Assembly (NCBI GenBank): GCA_029953675.1
Contig: JAMWBK010000010.1
Coordinates: 1,054,001 to 1,118,000 of the forward strand
Length of the DNA: 64,000 bases
Source: Rhodosorus marinus CCMP1338
Lineage: Eukaryota; Plantae; Rhodophyta
Reading direction: 5' to 3'
This document shows, one piece after another, positions 36,591-46,029 of the stretch. How positions within the stretch are numbered: the stretch's first letter is position 1; the number at the start of each line of letters is the position of its first letter. The translations under genes and the position numbers were made by a program. The notes beneath the pieces were generated by a model that ran no database searches, was not told where the DNA came from, and saw nothing but the letters and a program-made list of their open reading frames with translations.

Positions 36591-36908
36591 CACAAGAGAC
36601 CTCTGTTTCCCCGCCAAAACCTTCGGTGGTTTCTTTACGGTTCCCCCGGATTAATTGGCCTGATGTCTTCCACTTAATTACTCTACTATACGGTGAAGAT
36701 GAACGATATCTTGTACTGCTTCAAACTGTTTCCTCCATTTGAAAACATTTGAAAACAGCTTCAATTATTCTTTTCAGTCCGCCTACCGTATGCCTTGCGC
36801 GTATCGGTCTTACTGTATTTATTACGGTGTTATGATTTACCCCTTCTACATGCTGAGAGCGCATGGGGTCACACTGACCCTGTCCAACAGATTCCTTTGC
36901 AGAATACT

Positions 36909-37535
36909 GGTTTTATTGGTTTTATTGGTTTTATTGGTTTGGTTTTATTAGCATAGCCTAAAGCGCTACGCAAAGCGTGAAAGGAACTAAGAACTCGGTA
37001 GGGAAGCGTGCAAACCAAGGCGCTGATGGCGCGCTGTCCCGAATATCGCCACAGAGAGACACTTAAACGCCGCAAAAGTTCCAAGTATTCAACAGGATGC
37101 TCAGTAAAACATTTCCGCAACCACTCCAAACCCGACTTCTCTACGGGACCAAAGCTTTCCACCATAAAAGGCTGGAACCGGTGGGAGCGACCCTCAGCGC
37201 GAGGCAGACTGGCCGTACTCTCAGCATACCGTCGTTCCTTCACTCGCGAAGGGCCGAAACAGCTGATCCCCGGCGGCGGGAGGCAGCTGTGAGATGGGCG
37301 CTTGCCACAGGGCATGTAATCGCGAGGTCAACATATGCTGAGCGTCTGGCGGCAGCATCGGAGACGAGGAGATCAGCGATACAGCGGGGCGGTGCCGTAT
37401 CCGAGACCGATCTGGGCAGTTTCGATTCCACCTCAACCGTATGCCCTACCCGAGTCAAACATTCGCTGAGAATGTACTTGAAACGAGTGTGACGCCTACG
37501 AATCACGGAACTGCCACTTTTCTCAGAAGTCGTAC
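36909..37535 (-). mobile_element. 5'-truncated CRE-like retrotransposon encoding restriction-like endonuclease domain, (AATAAAACC)n tail
   Basis: RRHTRFKYIL..GHTVEVE..RCIADLLV..YVDLAITCP (PD-(D/E)xK-type RLE pattern), then KERRYAES..HRFQPFMVESFG..LWRYS after a 1-nt frameshift relative to the neighbouring copy. Tail (GGTTTTATT)n at 36909-36950. Confidence 0.88.
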
Positions 37536-37537
37536 CC

Positions 37538-37910
37538 TGAAGCGCTACGCAAGGCGTGTAAAGGAGCTAAGAACTAGGTAGCGAAGCGTGCAAACCCAGG
37601 CGCCTATGGCGCGCCTCGGCATACTGCTCGAATATCGCCACAGAGAGACACTTAAGCGGCGCTAAAGTTCCAAGTATTCAACAGGATGCTCGGTAAAACA
37701 TTTCCGCAACCACTCCAAACCCGAGCTATCCACGTGGCCAAAGCTTTCCACAATGAAAGGCTGGAACCGGTGTGAGCGACCCTCGGCGCGAGGCGGACTG
37801 GCCATACTCACAGCATACCGTCGTTCCCTCACTCGGCGAAGGGCAGAAGCGGCTGCACCCCGGGGCGGGCGGCAGCAGTGAGATGGGCGCTGGCCACAGG
37901 GCATGTTATC
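37538..37910 (-). mobile_element. Second subfamily-1 CRE-like 3' fragment, head-to-tail with the previous copy
   Basis: Near-identical DNA to 36960-37320 (ASALRRVRERRYAV..RFQPFIVESFGHVDSSGLEWLRKCFTEHP). It lacks the final ~10 nt and the tail. Confidence 0.9.
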
Positions 37911-38374
37911 GCTTTTCTCCTTTTTTTGCTGAATAAGATAATTTATTAGTAGTTAACATAGCAAACCACCAGCCTACATCAAACCCTTTACCCTTTCCTC
38001 GATTATCACTGGCAACGAGGGTCTAAATTTCGAGCGCCGGAACGAAACCGGAAGCGGGACTCCCAGCATTAACCGCTTCCTTCCCCCGAATCTAACCAGC
38101 TTCCTCGTCTGCTTGGTATTTACCACTCTCCAGGAACAAGCCTTCATCAGCACGACTGGTTCCTCATCACCAACCTTGAGGCCAGCGAATCCGTCTCTCA
38201 AGCCTCCGGAGGATATTATCCATTCAAAATTTTCGCCTCCAGGATCTTGCCCTTGCCTACGGTGCGAACAATAATTCTCATCAGCGTTGCTCCATCTCCA
38301 TTAACCCAGTCCAAGTGCAACCTCCCCCAGCATGCATTGTGCTCTTGCCGCGATCCGTTGAGTATACGTCCTGC

Positions 38375-38526
38375 GACGTTCGATATTGGTACGTTCGTCT
38401 GAATTGCGATACATAAGAGTTTTTGCGGCCAAACCGCACAATATGTTCGATACTGGGACGTTCGATATTGGCACATTCGTCTGAATTGCGATACGTAAGA
38501 GTTTTTGCGGCCAAACCGCAAAATAC
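38375..38526. repeat. 82-bp-period tandem duplication
   Basis: GACGTTCGATATTGG..TTCGTCTGAATTGCGATAC.TAAGAGTTTTTGCGGCCAAACCGCA at 38375 and 38457. Confidence 0.9.
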
Positions 38527-38842
38527 TTTCCCACAGAAGCTGCGGAACATCTTGAGCGCACAACGGAGGGCAAAATGCAAGTGTGACTCCTGCGAAAACT
38601 TCCACCGCTACTAGTTGTCATGGGTTCACAAGCCAGATTAGTTTTCGCCTGAAGTGTATGGCCGCTACAAAAGTCGTCGCTCCCAGCGACGCCCTCGAGG
38701 ACGTCAACTTAGACAGATCCACTCATCAGATCCCCGGCCACTGGTGGGTGACATGCTTTTATTTGTTTTACGCACATGATCTTAAGCACTAACGCGGGGA
38801 ATAGTATGAGATCCGAACGAGCCAATCTTGCACCTGTACCTC

Positions 38843-39442
38843 CTATTCTGCGCTCATGCACTCTACATCAAGCCTACATACTACAATGTCGGGTCCGGCA
38901 GCGGTTCTGAGTTCGCAACCATCGCCGGCTGTAGTGACCTCGGCCCTAACCGTTTTGCCATCTTCTCTCCTGAGCATGGCGTGTGCAATCCAATATAGAG
39001 GGGAACCATCACAACATCCCGCGTCGTCTGTCAATATCTCGTTGTGGCAGATATGCAAGCTCAACTCCGTCAAAACGGTGTTAGCCGGCAGGCCCCTCTT
39101 CGCCAGCACCTTCCCAACGTTCCTCCGGTTGGGGTACTCCACAGGTTCACGGATGAGCTCCTTCTTCGAGAAGATCCCCCCCCTGATGCTCACTAAGGGT
39201 AATCTTTTCGAGTCGAAGCGCATCCGAATGCACGGTAACCCGTCCGATCTTCGAGCAGTCGAAAAGAAAACAGTACCTTCCGATGTGTTATTGTTCTTGA
39301 AAGCGAACTTTGAGGACACTCCGGTGTCCACGGTGTCAACAAACAGAAAGGTGCTGTCAAAAGCACCTTGACAGGTCTGGGTCTCCCCGGATACCAGGCA
39401 GAGGAAACCCACCGCAAAACAATACCATGCCAAAGACTTCAT
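38843..39442 (-). CDS. Secreted Cys-rich protein of unknown family (paralog of 41714-43093)
   Basis: Intronless ORF, ATG at 39442 (open to a GTG at 39544), signal peptide MKSLAWYCFAVGFLCLVSG. It shares C.R..F, R.GIFS, RR, IC...I, CC...L, A.A and C.L.V.C with the 41714 protein. Confidence 0.8.
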   Translation of the reverse strand: MKSLAWYCFAVGFLCLVSGETQTCQGAFDSTFLFVDTVDTGVSSKFAFKNNNTSEGTVFFSTARRSDGLPCIRMRFDSKRLPLVSIRGGIFSKKELIREPVEYPNRRNVGKVLAKRGLPANTVLTELSLHICHNEILTDDAGCCDGSPLYWIAHAMLRREDGKTVRAEVTTAGDGCELRTAAGPDIVVCRLDVECMSAE

Positions 39443-39550
39443 TTCGTTCACAAGTCTAGTTCTTAGTGGGAGTACGATAGGCTCAACCGACGGATACCAC
39501 CAATAAACACCAAGCAGGAGGAGGAACAAGCTAAAGATCCTCACTCGTGC

Positions 39551-39645
39551 CCTGACAGATACGTTTTCCTCGTCACTTCCGCCTTGACAGATACGCTTTC
39601 CTCCTCACTCCCGCCTTCACAGATACGCTTCCCACCTCACTCTTC
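39551..39645. repeat. 3 x 32-bp tandem repeat upstream of the secreted-protein gene
   Basis: [CT/TT][G/C]ACAGATACG[T/C]TT.CC..[G/C]TCAC units at ~39552, 39584 and 39616. Confidence 0.85.
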
Positions 39646-39769
39646 TCCACCCCCTACTTACGGCTACGAACAGCAAGTAGCATTCCGGTTTTTATATATT
39701 ACCAGCCCGATCCATCATGTAGGATATAGAGCGATGCGGCCCGTGAATGCCTTGCACCAGCGCTCATGC

Positions 39770-40036
39770 CTCCGATCAAACAATTCATTTATGTCCAGCG
39801 TCTTTCCATTTTGTTCTTAAATTTCCTCCCTCCGCAGTTGACAGCCAATCCTCATCAAGAGAACCGACCACATCCGAATTCCAGATTCCCCCCTCCCTCT
39901 ACAGCCGATAGAGCAGTATCCCACCATCCCCTCCCTCCTCGCTCTGATCGCCGGAAAAATTGCGGACACTCGACAAGACTTGTCAATGCAAGATTCTGTT
40001 CGAAAACAAGCCAATGAATGAATTGTTTAATCGGAG
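39770..40036. mobile_element. MITE-like segment bounded by 20-bp inverted repeats
   Basis: CTCCGATCAAACAATTCATT (39770-39789) vs AATGAATTGTTTAATCGGAG (40017-40036), 19/20 match. A similar end (GAATTATTGAATCGGAGACTGAAA) recurs at ~43783-43806. No TSD seen. Confidence 0.5.
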
Positions 40037-40059
40037 ACTGAAAAAAAAACCCCAAAGGG

Positions 40060-40410
40060 GTAAGAAGACTAAGCGCCGCGAAGGTCGCGCGCCTCCAATA
40101 GTGACGCAGTGCGCCACAATAAGAAACTCAAGCGAGTAAACGACGATTGTAGAAGGTCCGGGCGTTCGCCGACTATCTCCCGAAGCCAACGATGTCCACT
40201 GAGTCTACAAACCCAAAGGATGATTAGGGGCACCAGGAGATGTGCGAGAGCGCAAGGACGAACCTCGGGGGTAGATAAAGCACTCGCATATTTCGCCTCT
40301 TTATGGCGACGCATGCTGGCAGCGACATATCCACGGCGCTCTCCCGCGCTGGCAGATAACGAATAGCCTGGGGATTCGGAACAGCAAGGTCAACGTAGCG
40401 AGCAAAAACC
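40060..40410 (-). mobile_element. CRE-like retrotransposon 3' fragment, subfamily 2
   Basis: YVDLAVPNPQAIRYLPA / RRHKEAKYASAL..LVPLII..WLREIVGERPDLLQSSFTRLSFLLWR aligns to YVDLAITCP..KERRY..FQPF..WLRKCFTEHP..RRLSVSLWR. Confidence 0.75.
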
Positions 40411-40511
40411 TTACAAAACAAGTATTGTTTTGTAACGTTTTCGATTGAGGAGAGAAATACTTCTCTCGTGAACGGAAAAAGCGTTTCTACTGGTTTTCCA
40501 CTTGAAGAGTA

Positions 40512-40893
40512 CAGGCATTCTGTGAGCCCGGGAGTGGATACAGCCAATCAGAGACTACCAAAATGTCGTTAGAAGGTCATCGGTTTTCGCAGTCTAAATC
40601 GTCAGCGGATAACTGGCTCCGTAAACGCCGGTGGAGCTCTACTGATTTTTGAGAGACTATGGTCACTGGTCGTTCAGTAACCATTCCACCGTACCACGCT
40701 TGCGTAAACGCGGTGCGTTTAGGGGAAAGTGTGGATGGAATCAGCAGAGAGCATCACTGGATAACATTTTGAAAGAAGAAATTGTAGAGTTACGTAGACG
40801 ATTCTAACCCCCGCTAGCTGTGCAAAATCAAGCAAAAGGCCCTAACGGTTTTTTTTAACGAGCAGCAACACTCCCGTGCTCACAGAATGCCTG
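40512..40893. mobile_element. Tc1/mariner-type MITE candidate (23-bp TIRs starting CAGG)
   Basis: CAGGCATTCTGTGAGCCCGGGAG (40512-40534) vs CTCCCGTGCTCACAGAATGCCTG (40871-40893), 22/23 match. Left flank is TA and right flank CA (degenerate TA TSD). Confidence 0.6.
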
Positions 40894-41039
40894 CACTATG
40901 TCGGTTGGAGTGGATACAGCCAATCAGAGACTACCAAAATGTCGTTAGACGGTCATCGGTTTTCGCAGTCTAAATCGCCAGCGAATAACTCGCTCCGTAA
41001 ACGCCGGTGGAGCTATACTGATTTTTGAGGGGTATGGTC
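40531..41039. repeat. ~134-bp direct repeat pair (40531-40664 and 40907-41039)
   Basis: GGAGTGGATACAGCCAATCAGAGACTACCAAAATGTCGTTAG..GCTCCGTAAACGCCGGTGGAGCT..TATGGTC occurs in both, with scattered substitutions. Confidence 0.92.
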
Positions 41040-41140
41040 GTCGCTCAGAAGAAAAGGCCGTTGATGGGTTGGATGCCAATAAAAAAAACCGGTATTTGGA
41101 TGATCCAGTCAATCCGAGATTCAGTAGTTTCCGTTTAGAT

Positions 41141-41500
41141 CTATGAAATAAGCGCTCACCACCTCTAACCGCAGCCGCTCGTCTCAAGTGGAAGCAGCAT
41201 AATCCCCCCCTACTGCTGGGGTAAAATTCAAACCAGTTCAAGCCCGATAATACCGACACAAGAGTCCTCCCAACCAGCCCCCTACCAGCCCCCTGGTTGG
41301 GAGGTAAAGAACTAGGGAAGGCGTGCAAACCCAGCTGCCTATGGCGCAAGAGGCTGGTAAGGGCTGGTTGGGAGGACTCTTGTGTCGGTATTATCGGGCT
41401 TGAACTGGTTTGAATTTTACCCCAGCAATAGGTGGGGATTATGCTGCTTCACCTTGAGACGAGGGGCTGCGGTTAGAGGTGGTGAGCGCTTATTTCATAG
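41141..41500. repeat. Foldback inverted repeat: ~151-bp arms, ~58-bp spacer
   Basis: 41141-41291 is the reverse complement of 41350-41500 with a handful of mismatches. The spacer contains a ~42-nt piece of the subfamily-1 CRE 3' region. Confidence 0.95.
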
Positions 41501-41713
41501 GTGGTTGCTTTCGTCTATATATAGATTCGGAGGGCGTGTCGCGCAGGCAGGGGGATCAAAGCTGAGTTTGCTTCGGACTTGGTAGCTGGATGAGAATGGG
41601 TGGAGGGGCAGCTAGGGTAAAGTCTTCTGCTCGGCGCGGCGCTGATAGGAGTTTTTGTTCGTCGGTAAGGAGGAATTGGACGGAACGGGTGCGGGTGTTT
41701 GTAGAGAAGAGAG

Positions 41714-43093
41714 ATGTTAAGAGGTATCACACTCGTTGTATTGAGTCTGACGTTGTTGGGTTGCGTCGAATGTTGTGTTGTGAGATGCGACCTTAAAACA
41801 TGTGATCTAGTGCCCGCATTCACGCGATTTGCTTCGGGTATCTTCAATGCGGATTTGGTGGACAAGAACGGCACAGCGCTAGGAGGTATCGAGCTGAGTG
41901 TGGTGGAGAAGGCCGACAGGAACTGCTTTCGGGCGGTTTTTACAACGGTGGAAAATGTTGGTCTTGCGCAGCTCAGGGTAGGAATCTTCTCATCGGCAGA
42001 TGAGTCGCCACCCACTGGACGGGATAGATTCACAAGGAGGAGGGATTTTAGATTCCCGAGGACGACGGGTGTTTCTGGAACCGAGATCACAACGCTTCGA
42101 AAGGGTCGTATAGACATCTGCCCCGAAGACATCTCCGTGGAGGAGTCCAAATCGTGCTGCGGAGAGAGCTTGTTTGATTTGTACGCATATGCTGTGGTCG
42201 TTGTGAATGGAACGCGTGTGCGGGCATACATGAAGCGGCTTGAGGGCTCAACCGTCCCATGCAGAGTGCCAGACCCCAAGAAACCGTTCCGGGAAGTCTG
42301 CACCCTAGAAGTTACCTGCAGCAACAATTGCAACACGGATGAATGCTCGCTCGGAGAAGACTGCGTTCTGCTTGACGAATTTTCCGAAGCGAACTGCGGA
42401 GCTGATTCGGTATTTCGAGCCGCAAATCGCTGACGATGGCCTCTAAACCAATCTTGAAGAGGTTTATCCCTTTCTCGGAGTCCTAACTCTGCAAGTTCCT
42501 GTTGTTCTGTTTAGATTGCTGTTGCGGACACCCAGAACCGGCAATGTATTTGTAAGAAACTTGACTGTGGCACAGAAGCGAATTGCATTGCAGATCGTGC
42601 CTGCATGGATGTCACGATATTTGGAAGATCATGTCCTCCTCGCTTGGTGTGATAAAACTCTATTGCAAGCTCAACATCGAAAACGGCTGTAAATGTCAAA
42701 TGGACGAGGCTAATTCCAGACTGTTTGGTGCTTTTTGTTTTCCAGATTGGGCAGAACCAAAATGGGTTCTGTAGATGCATTATCCCTTGCTCGAACGTCG
42801 AATGCGTGATGCCTGGGTCTAATGGCCAGCCTTTCTCCTGTCTATCATTCGACGAAGTTATCGAGCTCTTTTGCTCCAGGAGGGATTGCACGAACCGTCG
42901 AAATGTATGTATAGAAATGACAATACGCGTTTTTCATATGAGGACTTTTATCGTTGATACTCCAGCGTAGATATCGGATCGCTCACGTTTTCCTCCTGTG
43001 CCATCCAATTTGTTTCACACGCGATAGAGAGTTATTCGCCAACAGCATAACGGGACTTGTGCCGTGAGTTCCACTCCCGTATATCCCTTTTAA
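41714..43093 (+). CDS. Secreted Cys-rich protein (same N-domain family as 38843-39442) extended by exon-encoded Cys modules
   Basis: Exons 41714-42409, 42515-42646, 42746-42904 and probably 43028-43093, all with phase-0 GT-AG introns (branch-like CCTAAC/GCTAAT in introns 1 and 2). Signal peptide MLRGITLVVLSLTLLGCVEC. The last exon is less certain. Confidence 0.75.
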
Positions 43094-43094
43094 C

Positions 43095-43314
43095 TTTTTT
43101 AGCATAGCCTGAAGCGCTACGCAAGGCGTGAAAAGGAACTAAGAACTAAGTAGGGAAGCGTGCAAACCCAGGCGCCTATGAGGCGCCTCGTCAAGCATGC
43201 TGCTCGAATATCAACACTTAAACGCCGCAACAGTTCGAAGTATTCAACCGGATGCTCAGTAAAATATTTCCGCAACCACTCCAAACCCGACTTCTCCACC
43301 TGGCCAAAGCTTTC
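43095..43314 (-). mobile_element. Subfamily-1 CRE-like 3' fragment with short poly(A) tail
   Basis: Same 3' end (GCGTAGCGCTTCAGGCTATGCT) followed by A6. It encodes EKSGLEWLRKYFTEHPVEYFELLRRLSV. Confidence 0.9.
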
Positions 43315-43519
43315 AACACCAATTTCTGCACTCGAGCCGTCAGAGGCGAGATTGTTCCAGCCCGCGGCCTACGGGCGTATGCCTCGGATGACGCCAAGAA
43401 ACCCTCTTGCAACGCCTCGAATTCGCCCTTCAGGAATAGTGTCAACGGCTCGCGGATCTCTGGTGTGCAAACAGAGGCCAGGAGCAGGCGCGGCATCACG
43501 CCCAAGAATTCTCACATGA

Positions 43520-43625
43520 CGGAAAAAGACTAAGCGCCACGAAGGTCGGTGCGCCTCCAAGATCAACAGCAGCGTCCATACACCACAGTTAGAATCTCAA
43601 GCCGGTAGACAAGGATTGAAGATAG
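43520..43625 (-). mobile_element. Subfamily-2 CRE-like 3' fragment
   Basis: AAGACTAAGCGCCACGAAGGTCGGTGCGCCTCCAA..CTCAAGC is homologous to 40065-40150. Confidence 0.65.
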
Positions 43626-43962
43626 CACGGAATATTGTTAACATTGCACAAGGTGTGAGTCCGTAGTTGCTCTCACGGAGGGGGAGCTCAAGACGTGGGA
43701 ACTAAAGCGATCGGGGGGGGGGGGTGGGTGGTTCGGCCGGTATGGAAGTGGGGCAGTTCTCCCCGCCGATCTTTGGTCCGATTGAATTATTGAATCGGAG
43801 ACTGAAAGACAAAGAAAAAACCATTGAGGGGAAAAAGACTAAAATATGGAATGGCTTTATCTACACCCGGGGTTTGGTCTGCCCAGACAAAAAAGGTTCT
43901 TCCCAATCAAACTCTTTCTGTTGGGTGCAATGCTCCGGAGATATTTGGGTAGATGAGCATAG

Positions 43963-44092
43963 CATCAATCTGCCAGAACAGCAAAAAAGCAATTTGGTAT
44001 GAACACGAAGAGCCATCAATCTGCCCAAACACCAAATTTGATATGCGCGCAGTGCCATCAATCTGCCCGAACACCAAATTTGATATGAACAA
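43963..44092. repeat. 3 degenerate tandem units (51- and 42-bp periods)
   Basis: CATCAATCTGCC..AACA..AATTTG.TATG at 43963, 44014 and 44056. Confidence 0.85.
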
Positions 44093-46029
44093 GAAGGGCT
44101 GTTGTGCAAGGGGAACCTATAGCGGGGAACCTATAGAGGGATCATAGTGCGCGCACTGCAAAAGGACGTTGCTTTGAGGAAAAGCTAAATGCCAGAACTG
44201 GTTCTCCCAATGAACAAATCATCAAGAAAACGATCGCCGTGCGCCTATTTCATGTTGGCCTTACATTTAGAGATTAGCCCTGAAAGAAAACCATATGCTA
44301 ATCAGACTTTAAATCACCCCCCTGAAGAAATCCTTTTCACAATCTTATTGTGCTAGCATACCTCCCTGTGACTGTTCCCATTCCACACTATTTTCTTGGT
44401 AAATAAATTTCTATAGGAAACATCTTGGATATTTACCTTCGCTCATCCCGTCGCTGCCAAACACCATACGTTTTCAAAAAAATTCAGATGGGGGGGGGGA
44501 AGCGCGAGTTGATCTTTTGCTTTCGCTTATCTTGTAGCGTTTGCGAAACGTGGAGGTTGCATCAGCCAGGACAAGTGCAACGGGTGTAGCTTAGGTAGTG
44601 AACCCCCACTCACTCCCTTGAACAGCTTGAGCTTTGCCTCTCAAACATTTGGCCGTGGAGTAACTTCGTTAACGCCCGCAACAGAGCAACCCTTCCCAAG
44701 CTATACCAGCTTGAGTGTCTCTAAGCAAAGTGGAACCCCGCGGTTCACGGGACTGAGGATTTTGCCGGATTAGAAGTGGGACTAGTTATGGAACCCTACT
44801 CCAAAACTGCATTCAAAAAAGAAAAGAAGCTGAATCAAAAGAATTTAAGTAGAAATCCCGAGCGAAACTCGATTTCTACCCACCCCTCAACATCATATTT
44901 TAAAACAAAGTACAGGCTCGAGAATCATTGAACAGGTCAAGCTGACACTGATTTCCTCCCTTTCCCACCACCCCACCAAACCCCCCCCCCTCTCCCTCAT
45001 CCCCCCTCATCCCCGCTTAGGGCGAACAAGAGTAATGTAGCCAAAATCAATATTTTCTTATCCGACTTTTACCGCTCCAAACTAGTCAATACAAATGTTT
45101 TCAGATCCCCATCCCGAAGACTATTTATTCAATTTTAATCGTCACCTTTCGTTCCCCACCATAATCCAAAATCGCAATCCCTACCAAAAAAGGTATCTAA
45201 AACAACAAATAAAAAAGACAATCATAAAGATCGAATTTGAAACTGCTCAACCATTACCCCCCCCCCTCCTTTCCTTTCTAGTTTCCATATGTGTAAAAAA
45301 ATTAAACAAATCAAACTAACCCCCCCCCCCGCCAGAAACAAAGTCTTGACCTCAAGAAACCGCAAATCTGTAAACATATGAATATTTATATACAAAACTT
45401 TGAATACCGAGACAGCTGTCTTAACGTATCTTTTCTGTCGGGATGGCCCCGTTGTGGAGCCCGGTTCAGCGATTAGGGCGTTCAGGATATGGACTTTTTT
45501 TTCTCTCTTTAATTGGAGACAATATTTTTTTTTATTTACTCATTGTGTTCTGAAAAATGGAGCAAAAGGAATTTTGTTTTTGTTTGGTTTGAATAAATGG
45601 ACGACCAATGTTACCCTCCTTTTTTCTTTTAACTAAATAGGTTTTTTTGTTGATTTTCTCTCCCTCGCGCCCGCGGGCCAGGTTCTGTAGAATATTGGCG
45701 GATGTTGCACATAGCGAGAGACGGAGGAGGAAATGGTTTGTTTTGGAAGGTCTTCATTTTAGGCTGTTTGCTGTCTGTTTGGTTATTTAGGGTGATGGAC
45801 TGATGTAGTTGCCGTGGGCAACCGAAGAGATGGAGTTTGGGGAGGTGAAGCATGAGCCTTTTCAACGAGGTGGTGTTGAATGTGTTTTGAGCTTTTGGTT
45901 GACCTGATGACTTGACGCGTTCTCGCTTTTGCAGGAAGTAGCGCTTTAGGTTTTGCACCGTGAATCTCGTTCATGGGGCTTGTTCGATAGGATCCTGAGG
46001 GAGAGGCCTTGTAGATACTGCTTGTGAAC

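Noticed and set aside
38120-38230. HDWFLITNL, resembling an IS4-like transposase motif
   Set aside because: The following Y..RW.IE motif is absent, the segment is short, and there are no TIRs.
28011-44092. Tandem arrays as possible CRISPR
   Set aside because: Units are contiguous without unique spacers, there are no cas genes, and the context is eukaryotic.
44581-44610. GGGTGTAGCTTAGGTAG, resembling a tRNA 5' half/A-box
   Set aside because: No T-arm/B-box at the right distance and no cloverleaf.
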